A stretch of 64,000 nucleotides of DNA from an uncultured Nitrososphaerales archaeon (GTDB taxonomy: Archaea > Thermoproteota > Nitrososphaeria > Nitrososphaerales > Nitrososphaeraceae), in contig CAVOHZ010000010.1 of assembly GCA_963695855.1 (NCBI GenBank), positions 1,248,001 through 1,312,000 of the forward strand. The letters are read 5' to 3'. Positions 56,173 through 64,000 of the stretch are shown one piece after another. Each line of letters starts with the position of its first letter. Within the stretch, counting starts at the first letter, position 1. The notes beneath the pieces were generated by a model that worked only from the letters and a program-made list of their open reading frames with translations, was not told where the DNA came from and searched no databases. A program made the translations under genes and the position numbers.

Positions 56173-58193
56173 TCCCAGGGATTTCCTTTGAACTCTACTC
56201 GTTCACCATTTTGCTTCATGGTATTGATTAACGACTTGCTTGGTTGTGCTGGTTTTTTTGCATGAAAATTCAAACAGTGTTTTAGGTGTTCTTTTTCTGT
56301 CGAAAATTCATTATCGCAATAATTGCATTTGTATTGTTGGGGGAAGGTATGTAAAGTATCGTCAATATCGTCCAATCGTCCAGAGTCCTCATTTTGAGCG
56401 TGATTTTGACTGTTTTCTTTGGACGATACTTTGGACGATATATTTTCACTATTTTTAATATCGTCCATTTTTTCACCCTGATTTTGAGCGTGATTTTCCG
56501 TTTTTTGACGGTTTGACGATATTGACGGTATTATACATACTATTTCTATTACCCTTTTTCCTTTATTGTCCTTCTTTCCAATTTCAATCAGAAATCCGCG
56601 TTCTCTAAGATTTGTCTTTGCTTCATTTAATCTGCGTGTGAGTACGTTGGGTGCTTTGGGAAATGAAGTGACTTTGGAAATATTTATTTTTAAATCTCGT
56701 ACTGCAATGTCTTCAAGTCGTGTTAATAATTCGCTTGAAGTACCACTCCATTTTTCTTTATATTCTACTATGTTACCGTCTTCATCTTGTTTATCAATCA
56801 TAAATATGATAAGTGCTTGGGATACCGCACTTTCTGCAATTGCTTCCTCAATCTGGACGTTGATATTATCTTGGTAGACTCTGAGAAACTCACCTTCTTT
56901 ATTACCCAAACACTGTGAAATTATCTCTCCATATTCTTCAAAATCCGCCATTCGGTTAAGTCCCTTTTCAATCGTAATTCCCCCATTTTGTTTAACCTGG
57001 AGAACCTTCACCAGAATATTGAAAAGATATCCCAGTAGTTTGGGTCTCATGGCTTCAAATTCGTTCCAGATATCTTCTTGTTTTCTTCTATTTTCTTTGG
57101 GAATTCTTTCTAGTTTTATAATAATACTTCTATCTAATAGGTCGGGTTTTGTTGCTCCTATGTTGATACCGTTAATACCCACGCATCTTTTAAAGGAATA
57201 GATTATGTCGTCATCATCTGTATACAATTGTCTCTTTGAGAATCCACTACCGGTTACAGCCCTGCATAATGCGTCAGAAACCCAATCATTTATTTTTGAA
57301 ACATTATCAAAATATGCGATATAGTTGTGGGATAGTTTCTGAATAAGTTCGTTGATATCTCTAGGAAATGTTAGGGTTTTGACGCTACTAGGGTCTATTA
57401 ACATTCTTATCAGCTCCTGAAATGTAGATTTTGCACTCCCTTGTTCTCCGTATAGTAGATTGACTGGTTTAGAAATGTCGGGAATTAATAACGAAACAAT
57501 CTTTACCTTTACCAATAATTTTGTGTCCTCGTCCGCTATGTTCAGAAGACTAATAAATTTGTCTAGAAGTGGTTCGTCGTATTCCTCTGTCGGTAAAATA
57601 GGAGTAACCTGGGGTAATTGACTGCTAAAATGTCTAAACAGAATGGGAGGAGTTTTTTCTATTGTCCAACCTTGCGGAGTTATCTTTATTACGCTTCCAT
57701 CGTTATTTACCAAGTCATAATAGAACGTATACTTATCTTCGTCCGTCCTTGCTACTCTTAATTCCAGTCTTTTGATAATACCATTAAATTCTGCCTTTGA
57801 TTGCACATAGTCTATGATATTATTTTTTTCCTTTTCCTTGAGTACAATTTTATACTCACTGTCGTAAAATAATTTGAATATGTATCTTTCAAATTTGTGA
57901 CTTGTTAAAGATATTGGTTCGTAATGTCCATCCTTTATTTTCACACATCCAAATAGTTTACCGTACTGGTCTTTGAACAGTAACTTAATGTGAGTATCCG
58001 CATAAGCAAAAAGGATTTCTGTATTATTCTCTCCTTCGTCTTCTTCTTCTTCGTCTTCTTCTTCGTATTCTGCTGCTGATTGCGATTTTCCGTTTTGTTT
58101 GTTGTATTCTTTTAAAATTTCTAACTGGTTATCGTTAAGAAGTCTTCTGCATTGCAGCTTCGATTCATTATCATTTATCCCGTACTCGTTCAT
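56169..58193 (-). CDS. Replicative helicase-like P-loop ATPase with C-terminal C2H2 finger
   Basis: GEQGSAKS (Walker A), AYFDNV (Walker B), DLLDR; CNYC..H...H; ATGA overlap with the primase. Confidence 0.75.
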   Translation of the reverse strand: MNEYGINDNESKLQCRRLLNDNQLEILKEYNKQNGKSQSAAEYEEEDEEEEDEGENNTEILFAYADTHIKLLFKDQYGKLFGCVKIKDGHYEPISLTSHKFERYIFKLFYDSEYKIVLKEKEKNNIIDYVQSKAEFNGIIKRLELRVARTDEDKYTFYYDLVNNDGSVIKITPQGWTIEKTPPILFRHFSSQLPQVTPILPTEEYDEPLLDKFISLLNIADEDTKLLVKVKIVSLLIPDISKPVNLLYGEQGSAKSTFQELIRMLIDPSSVKTLTFPRDINELIQKLSHNYIAYFDNVSKINDWVSDALCRAVTGSGFSKRQLYTDDDDIIYSFKRCVGINGINIGATKPDLLDRSIIIKLERIPKENRRKQEDIWNEFEAMRPKLLGYLFNILVKVLQVKQNGGITIEKGLNRMADFEEYGEIISQCLGNKEGEFLRVYQDNINVQIEEAIAESAVSQALIIFMIDKQDEDGNIVEYKEKWSGTSSELLTRLEDIAVRDLKINISKVTSFPKAPNVLTRRLNEAKTNLRERGFLIEIGKKDNKGKRVIEIVCIIPSISSNRQKTENHAQNQGEKMDDIKNSENISSKVSSKENSQNHAQNEDSGRLDDIDDTLHTFPQQYKCNYCDNEFSTEKEHLKHCLNFHAKKPAQPSKSLINTMKQNGERVEFKGNPWE
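56357..56530. repeat. Iteron-like cluster (candidate replication origin)
   Basis: About 9 copies of GACG(A/G)T(A) in both orientations plus 17-bp ATTTTGAGCGTGATTTT at 56391 and 56481. Confidence 0.6.
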
Positions 58194-58416
58194 TTGTTCC
58201 CAGAATAGTATAAAATTCTTAGTCCAGTTTTTGCGGTTTAATGTCCAATTAATAGGACCATTTACCTTATGATTTGGGAAACTTCTATTATGTCCGTAAT
58301 TCTGTTAAATGTTGCACGTTCAAACAATCCAGTCTTTTTCAAATCGTCGTTTATTACAAAATTGAAAATTTCTACATTTTCGTTTTCATTATTATTTGCT
58401 TCTGTATTAGACATTT

Positions 58417-58716
58417 CTAAAACTCTCCCATATTGTAGATTTTTACCAATTCTTCAATCAAATCGCCTTTGAGGTAAACTTGCCCCTTTCTAGGACCAAA
58501 TTCTTCACTTTGTTTTGTTTCTTCATTGTGTTGCGGTGAGTAAATCGAGTTCTCATCTACAATATTGCAAATTTCATATTTTGAGTCTAGAATTTTAACT
58601 AATTCACAAACAGGACATTTACAAGTATCACATGTGAAACTTTTTATTCGATTTTTAGGTTTGGACAAGGTTATACAACTCTCCCGTATGCTACAAGTGG
58701 AGATACAAAAGAACAA
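58417..58716 (-). CDS. Small Cys-rich hypothetical protein
   Basis: CDTCKCPVC; co-oriented with the replication genes. Confidence 0.5.
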   Translation of the reverse strand: MFFCISTCSIRESCITLSKPKNRIKSFTCDTCKCPVCELVKILDSKYEICNIVDENSIYSPQHNEETKQSEEFGPRKGQVYLKGDLIEELVKIYNMGEF

Positions 58717-58951
58717 GATTTCCCAATGCCTAGGAGAGCGGTAGGAGAGAAAATTCTGAAATTTTTGAACTTTCTTCCTTTAGTAGTACAAAAGCTATTT
58801 ATCTGTGAAATGTTATAATTCATTTCAAGAGACACGCCAGTGTTGTAATGTTGAGGTTAAGACCCTCAAGGAAGAAGAACTCTCGTCGCTGCTAATAACC
58901 GCTGTTGTGTGGACTGCGCGTAGGCCTGGAATCCTAGCAGTCCATGCGAAA

Positions 58952-59155
58952 CTATGTAACGTGATTTTTAACCTCCTTCTCGACTAAATCAAAAAGTTTA
59001 CCAAGGGCGTCGTCGTACGTATCCCCGATATTTCCCAACCTTCGCAATTTTTTCTTATGTTTCATTGAAATGACAATATGCGTCATCTCGTCATCTTCTT
59101 CTTCTAATTCTCTTCTGCCAACCTGGTGGTCGACAGTTAAAAGACTTGCAATCAT
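58952..59155 (-). CDS. RHH-like regulator
   Basis: THIVISMKHKKKLRRLGNIGDTYDDALGKLFD. Confidence 0.72.
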   Translation of the reverse strand: MIASLLTVDHQVGRRELEEEDDEMTHIVISMKHKKKLRRLGNIGDTYDDALGKLFDLVEKEVKNHVT

Positions 59156-59283
59156 TTAATTGAATTAAATTAATTACCGCATTATAAGTTGTTCTTTTTC
59201 TTAGAATTCTTCAGCAACATATTGGATTTTACGCACGAATCATTAAATCAACCGTATACCTAAAGGACAGGCTTTACTGTTTA

Positions 59284-59508
59284 ATATAGATTCCAAGGAC
59301 AGAACTGTGTATTGGTTCAATACAGAACCATAACCCGAAATGCAGGCTAGCGATTTGAATATCCATTTCATGTGTAATAAAAATAGATACTCTTTTTCTT
59401 TTATAGATCTGACATGATCCAAATCTTTGCATCCAATATGACAGACACGTAACCCATTTCTAATGCTTGTATTACTAATGCCATGGAAATATTTCTTAAG
59501 CTCAACCA
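59284..59508 (-). mobile_element. 5' half of the split IS6 transposase
   Basis: Reverse complement reads QRFGSCQIYKRKR...LWFCIEPIHSSVLGIY and ends at CTTGGAATCTATAT. Confidence 0.8.
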
Positions 59509-59509
59509 A

Positions 59510-59708
59510 TTTGTTACTATTGATGGCATTGCAGATTTAATTGGTAGAGCCAAAAGAAGTTTTCAAATGGGCTAAAATTATTGCGGCAAGGTATATGGAT
59601 AATGATAAAGCAGAAGAGTATGGCAGGAGAAATAGTTCAGAAGGTGAACTATTAATAAAAATAACACCACCAGAGTTATTGGTGAAAAAGATATAGCAGT
59701 ATGGTAAC
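59510..59708 (+). pseudogene. PPOX-class F420-dependent oxidoreductase, 3' fragment
   Basis: FVTIDGIA..KWAKIIAARYM...AEEYGRRNSSEGELLIKITP. Confidence 0.65.
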
Positions 59709-59780
59709 CAATCAATTCAACTTTTCATAAATGAATTATTTATTTATAAAATATGGATTACAGGTTAAAAAATTATACAA

Positions 59781-59844
59781 GTCATTGGTACTATAAGGAT
59801 TATGAGGACTTCGAATTTCCATTATAACAAGGTTCAGTAACATA
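59781..59844 (+). repeat. att-like repeat, type C (degenerate)
   Basis: GAGGACTTCGAATTTCCATTATAACAAGGTTCAGTAACATA. Confidence 0.7.
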
Positions 59845-60184
59845 ATATATTAATTTAACTTTCAAAAATTATTTAATTAGGAAAGAGTAAAAATACTTGT
59901 ATTAACTGGTATAATTCTGAAGAAATTTAATAAATGGAAAAATTAATACATGTGACTTGGATCGTTATTTTCTATAAAATAAATAAAAGTATTGATTCAA
60001 AGGCAAACTGTCTAAATTTCAAGATTCACAAAAATATAAATTAAAATTTTTACTTTATCTTCTATTAGAATATTATTTAATTAGTAACTTTTATCAAAAG
60101 TTCTATGATAAGAAAGCAAGATAAGATTTCGTGTTAATATTTAGGAAATAATTTTAAATTCTAAATGATCTAAAAAAATTACCT

Positions 60185-60500
60185 TTGAATAATAAATCTT
60201 TTGTGATAATTCATGGTTTACTCTTGATTAGTATACTATCTTTGTATGATGTCAGTGCACAAAATAATTCTAATTTTATAATTGATAACGAAGTTAAGCC
60301 TAGAGTAGATGTATGGATAGTTGGAACCTCTGCTGACGATAAGATAAGATGAGGCGAAGGCGACTATGAAATGTCTGGTAAATATGGTGATGATATTTTA
60401 AGCCGAGGCAAAGGAAACGATGAACTTGATGGAGGTTCTGGAGTTGATCAGCTTGATGGAGGCAAAGGAAAAGACCTGTCCACACAATCTGAAACGTTTC
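60185..60500 (+). pseudogene. RTX calcium-binding protein remnant
   Basis: GTSADD, GKGNDELDGGSGVDQLDGGKG with stops and frameshifts. Confidence 0.55.
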
Positions 60501-60532
60501 TAATGAAAGAAGATTAAATTGTTATAATTGAC

Positions 60533-61258
60533 TTATTTCTTCCCTAAATTTATAGTCTCATTGTCTATTGGAGCTAACTTGAACAGTTCCTGGTCATTTT
60601 GCTTATAATCTGATCTTTCTTTTATTACCAATTCACAATCTGATTCAGAGATATCACCCTGAGTTGTATTCAAATTAACTACTACATCCATCCCATCTCC
60701 ACATTGAAAAATATCCTTGCCATTACCGCCAACAAGCAGATCATTTCCATTTTCTCCAAAAAACTTGTTTACATCCTTTGAATTTGTAGAAGCAAAATCT
60801 CTAAGCCAGTCATCCCCTTCACCTCCATAAAATTCATCATTGCCTCTGTAACCCACCAATATGTCGTCATTTAAACCACCAATTAAAACATCTTTTCCAT
60901 ATCTAGTTTCATTAAAAACCTCACTTGAAATATCGCCAACAATTGTATCTGCTCCCTCTCCTCCAAAAATAACATCATCCCCTCCCATTCCACGCAAATA
61001 ATCTGAGCCTGTCCATCCATATATTATATTGTTATTATTATTTCCAGTAATCTCATCATCGGTTTCATCCCCAGTGCAGATCAGCACACTCTTATCACAC
61101 CAATATTTTATTCCTTGTACTTCTTTGAAGAAATAAACTCCAGTTGGAACAACTACCAAAATTGATATTATAATTACTGATATTACCTTCATCTTGATTA
61201 TCATTACTCTTGGATTTTCCCACAAATAAATAAACCGTTCGTTTATTGAAAGTATCAT
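60533..61258 (-). CDS. Hemolysin-type (RTX) calcium-binding protein
   Basis: GGxGxD repeats; N-terminal TM. Confidence 0.88.
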   Translation of the reverse strand: MILSINERFIYLWENPRVMIIKMKVISVIIISILVVVPTGVYFFKEVQGIKYWCDKSVLICTGDETDDEITGNNNNNIIYGWTGSDYLRGMGGDDVIFGGEGADTIVGDISSEVFNETRYGKDVLIGGLNDDILVGYRGNDEFYGGEGDDWLRDFASTNSKDVNKFFGENGNDLLVGGNGKDIFQCGDGMDVVVNLNTTQGDISESDCELVIKERSDYKQNDQELFKLAPIDNETINLGKK

Positions 61259-61332
61259 TTCTTTTTTTAGTACAGGTTCAGTTCTTGGGATATTTAGATA
61301 TCTCTCATTCTTGGATTCTTATAAAATACTTC

Positions 61333-61398
61333 TATGTGAACCCCAATATAATACGGGCTCAGAATAGTCAACTGTTTTTGACACAATTTTGTAGTTCA
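61333..61398 (+). repeat. att-like repeat, type A
   Basis: TATGTGAACCCCAATATAATACGGGCTCAGAATAGTCAACTGTTTTTGACACAATTTTGTAGTTCA. Confidence 0.85.
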
Positions 61399-61437
61399 TC
61401 TTTAGAGATATTTATAAAGATATTTTCTTACTAATAT

Positions 61438-61797
61438 GTGGGTAAAACAATAATGGCATTATATATAGTCAGAGCGAGACCAAAAAATGACCTGTCTGGT
61501 CTTAGGAAAGAATTGAATTCTGGCGAAATATCAAGACTTGGACCATTTGGAAAAACACTACAATATGGCTTAGATAACGCAAAATTTGATCCCGAAATTG
61601 GCTATGCCTTATGGATAGAAGAAGATTATTGTACTCCTCCATTAGCCATGGAAAGAGAAAGTGTTCTTGATAGATATTTCGATGATATTACAGTTCACCT
61701 TATTGCTTCAGAAAAAGAAGGACAAGATAGAATTGCCAATATTTCTGGGCTTTGGACTAGAGTAGAAGCAGATAAATTAAAAAGAAATCATAACTAA
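61438..61797 (+). CDS. Hypothetical protein
   Basis: 119-aa ORF with WIEEDYCTPPLAMER. Confidence 0.72.
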   Translation: MGKTIMALYIVRARPKNDLSGLRKELNSGEISRLGPFGKTLQYGLDNAKFDPEIGYALWIEEDYCTPPLAMERESVLDRYFDDITVHLIASEKEGQDRIANISGLWTRVEADKLKRNHN

Positions 61798-61870
61798 ATC
61801 TGAAAAAATTACCGACTAAATGGAACTTTAGATTTACCGCTGTAAAAAAATATAGCTAAATTACGAGTTC

Positions 61871-62094
61871 TTAACGTTCTACACCAAATGCTACTTTTAT
61901 TGTAGTTTTATATCGAGTAATTTACCTGTATTAGGATCTACAGTAGCAGTCTTACTAATAACTTCAAGTCCTGTAATTCCATGTATCGTCTTTGTTGCCT
62001 CATCTAGGGCAACTTTGACTGCCTCTTGCCACCCCTGATCTGAACTACCAACAAGCTCGGTTATTTTTGCAATATGATGAATCATATTTGTCAT
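61871..62094 (-). pseudogene. Dodecin-family flavin-binding protein, frameshifted near the C-terminus
   Basis: KITELVGSSDQGWQEAVKVALDEA..T; the expected ending TRYKTTIKVAFGVER lies in another frame. Confidence 0.8.
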
Positions 62095-62309
62095 GAGTAT
62101 TCATGCCTATTAATGGGTATCAATAAAAGAATCTAAGAATTAATTTAAAAACATGCAAATTTACAGAATTATAAATTTGTTGTATGCAATCGACTGTCAA
62201 ATGGAAATTAATTATTTTCAATATTTGTAATATATACTTTAATAGGTTTTAAATTTCTATAACAAAACAAAAATTCGGTTATTTATTAACCAGTTTTCGA
62301 TTTAATAGT

Positions 62310-62402
62310 CTGAATCCTTGGTTTCTCTGTATGATGATAGAATAACAACTAATAACTATTTTCATTTAAAAGATGTGAATATTATCTTAAATTAACAGAA
62401 CC
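62310..62402 (+). mobile_element. IS6 right-end remnant
   Basis: GTTTCTCTGTATGATGATA...GTGAATATTATCTTAAATTAACAGAACC. Confidence 0.55.
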
Positions 62403-62457
62403 ATTAGAACAGTAAAATGCTCCAATTGTACATCCATTACAGACTATATAGAATTCT

Positions 62458-62871
62458 CTACTCCGTTTTAGGTGGTATCAAGTAATTTGAAACTGGTGAT
62501 CCATGATGATGATTTATTAACCATTTTTTCTGGTTGTTATCATATTCAAATATGTTCGTTGCAACTACACCAGATTTAATTTTCCTTCCATTTATACTCA
62601 TTTCTATGTTCTCTAAGCAGGTTATTACAGCAATAACCTCCTGATATATTCTAGTCTTTGAGTTAGTAATTGTAAATTTAATATTTTCTGTATTAGCAAA
62701 TATTGTCACCCAACTTTCACGAATTGCCATCCAACCAACAAACATCTCCCAACCAGGATGTATACATATACAATTATCATTATGACTCCATATACTTTCC
62801 ATCATAGTGATTGAGAGATTCTCAAATGCCTCGTAAAATTTGGTATTGGCATTTTCTATATCCTTTAGCAT
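62458..62871 (-). CDS. SnoaL/NTF2-like protein
   Basis: FYEAFE, CIHPGW, ATNIFE, W..HHHGS. Confidence 0.88.
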   Translation of the reverse strand: MLKDIENANTKFYEAFENLSITMMESIWSHNDNCICIHPGWEMFVGWMAIRESWVTIFANTENIKFTITNSKTRIYQEVIAVITCLENIEMSINGRKIKSGVVATNIFEYDNNQKKWLINHHHGSPVSNYLIPPKTE

Positions 62872-62902
62872 ACTAATGACTAATTACTTTTCAACTATGA
62901 TA

Positions 62903-63205
62903 TTAATATATTAAAAAGTATTGTAAATCAAATTTATTATCTCCAACTAGAACAAATACAGTAGCAAACTCTAAACTACTACCACCCTCAAGATGTCTTT
63001 TAGGTAGATGACCCCTAACAATAGTCTCACAAACTAACTCCAGATGGGGTTTAAAAATACAAACTTTATTCCCTAAAATTAATTCTATCTTCTTTTTATT
63101 TTTATTATTTTTTGATAATTCAATGAAAAATTTATCTTCTAATAACTTTTGTGCTGATATAAATTTAGGAATATTAAGTTGACTTAATCTGTAATTTTCA
63201 TTCAA
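62903..63205 (-). CDS. Hypothetical protein
   Basis: 100-aa ORF. Confidence 0.5.
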   Translation of the reverse strand: MNENYRLSQLNIPKFISAQKLLEDKFFIELSKNNKNKKKIELILGNKVCIFKPHLELVCETIVRGHLPKRHLEGGSSLEFATVFVLVGDNKFDLQYFLIY

Positions 63206-63383
63206 TTAGAATAATAGGAAATAGCTTTATAAATTCATAGAGATGATTTAAGAGAGAAAGAGAAAAGATAAAACAATGCAAAAGACATCAATATCTTTAT
63301 TAGAATCTAATTAAAAATTTTGATAATAAATAATAACAACAATAATATTATAATTAATCAGAAATAAAAAAAATTGTAATTTT

Positions 63384-63947
63384 TTATTGTCTATTAAACG
63401 ATCTTTCTATTTTTTGGACATAATTGAAGTTATTTTGTACGATGTCGTTGCAATATCTTCGTGTGAGTTCTATTGATTTATTAAAATTCTCGATACCACC
63501 AACAGCGATTTCATTTATAATGTTTCTTGAATTGACGGTATAATCTTGTATGTTTTTATTTAATGTATTATATATTTCAGAATATCTTTCTGGTATATTG
63601 TAATTTTTCCAGTATGAATTATTGATGTTATCAAAGAATTGAGCATGTGCTGATTTATATGTATCAAATACATTCTTTTGTAACTCTGTAGCGTTGTTTG
63701 ACATTTCCTGTATTGTTTTGTTAATTTGTTCTTGAGATTTTCTGAAAGTATCTACATTATTTTCAAAAATTCTTATGTTATCATCTTGAAATTTATTTAT
63801 ACTTTGATTAATCTTGTCTGTAGTTTGAGATAGATTGGATACTGTATCCTTATATTGTTGTCTCTGTTGTTGTAGATATCTGTCTGTAGATTCTTTTAAT
63901 TGATTAGTAGTTTCTTTTACTATATTATCTTTTTTTGTTGAAGACAT
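63384..63947 (-). CDS. Q/N-rich helical hypothetical protein, paralog of 666-1223
   Basis: MSSTKKD...YW.N.NIPERYSE.YNTLNKNIQD shared. Confidence 0.75.
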   Translation of the reverse strand: MSSTKKDNIVKETTNQLKESTDRYLQQQRQQYKDTVSNLSQTTDKINQSINKFQDDNIRIFENNVDTFRKSQEQINKTIQEMSNNATELQKNVFDTYKSAHAQFFDNINNSYWKNYNIPERYSEIYNTLNKNIQDYTVNSRNIINEIAVGGIENFNKSIELTRRYCNDIVQNNFNYVQKIERSFNRQ

Positions 63948-64000
63948 ATCACTGTATAAGTAATTTAATGATATAAAGATTAATACTTTTGACTATGTAC

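Larger units (their letters stand above)
43672..59292. mobile_element. 15.6-kb integrated virus-satellite-like element bounded by a 9-bp direct repeat
   Basis: ATATAGATT at 43672-43680 and 59284-59292, exactly where IS6 homology stops and resumes; integrase, primase, helicase, TerS and TerL inside. Confidence 0.85.

Noticed and set aside
43672-59292. Complete provirus
   Set aside because: No recognisable capsid, portal, protease or tail genes; a deleted provirus is not excluded.
43401-59508. Composite transposon flanked by two IS6 copies
   Set aside because: The flanks are complementary halves of one transposase, not two complete elements.
1648-61398. Dispersed repeats as a CRISPR array
   Set aside because: Spacing is irregular and mostly kilobases, copies are diverged, and no cas genes are present.
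987-61434. Many short ORFs in the track antisense to or nested in larger genes (e.g. 987-1217, 3776-4135, 12548-12856, 42648-42932, 56566-56877, 59243-59509)
   Set aside because: Shadow frames of better-supported genes or off-frame IS remnants.

Overview
Very AT-rich archaeal DNA whose gene content (TFIIB paralog, RTX-type Ca-binding proteins, Cache and receiver domains, IS6 remnants) suggests an accessory region of a soil Nitrososphaeraceae ammonia oxidiser; this taxonomy is inferred. It holds scattered metabolic and signalling genes and many pseudogenes. Two things stand out. (1) A 15.6-kb integrated element (43672-59292) encodes a tyrosine integrase, an AEP/PriX-like primase, a helicase-like ATPase with an internal iteron-like cluster, small and large terminase, and five RHH-like paralogs, but no recognisable capsid, portal or tail. 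It sits inside a split IS6 transposase, bounded by a 9-bp direct repeat (ATATAGATT), and is a candidate archaeal PICI-like virus satellite that targets IS6. (2) About 16 co-oriented modular repeats built on two tRNA 3' ends, several next to short stubs that resemble integrase 5' ends, suggest a tandem, integron-like accretion of att junctions. IS6 elements and a related MITE family, some with 8-bp target-site duplications, are also present. No intact tRNA, rRNA or CRISPR array was seen. All calls are by eye, without database searches.
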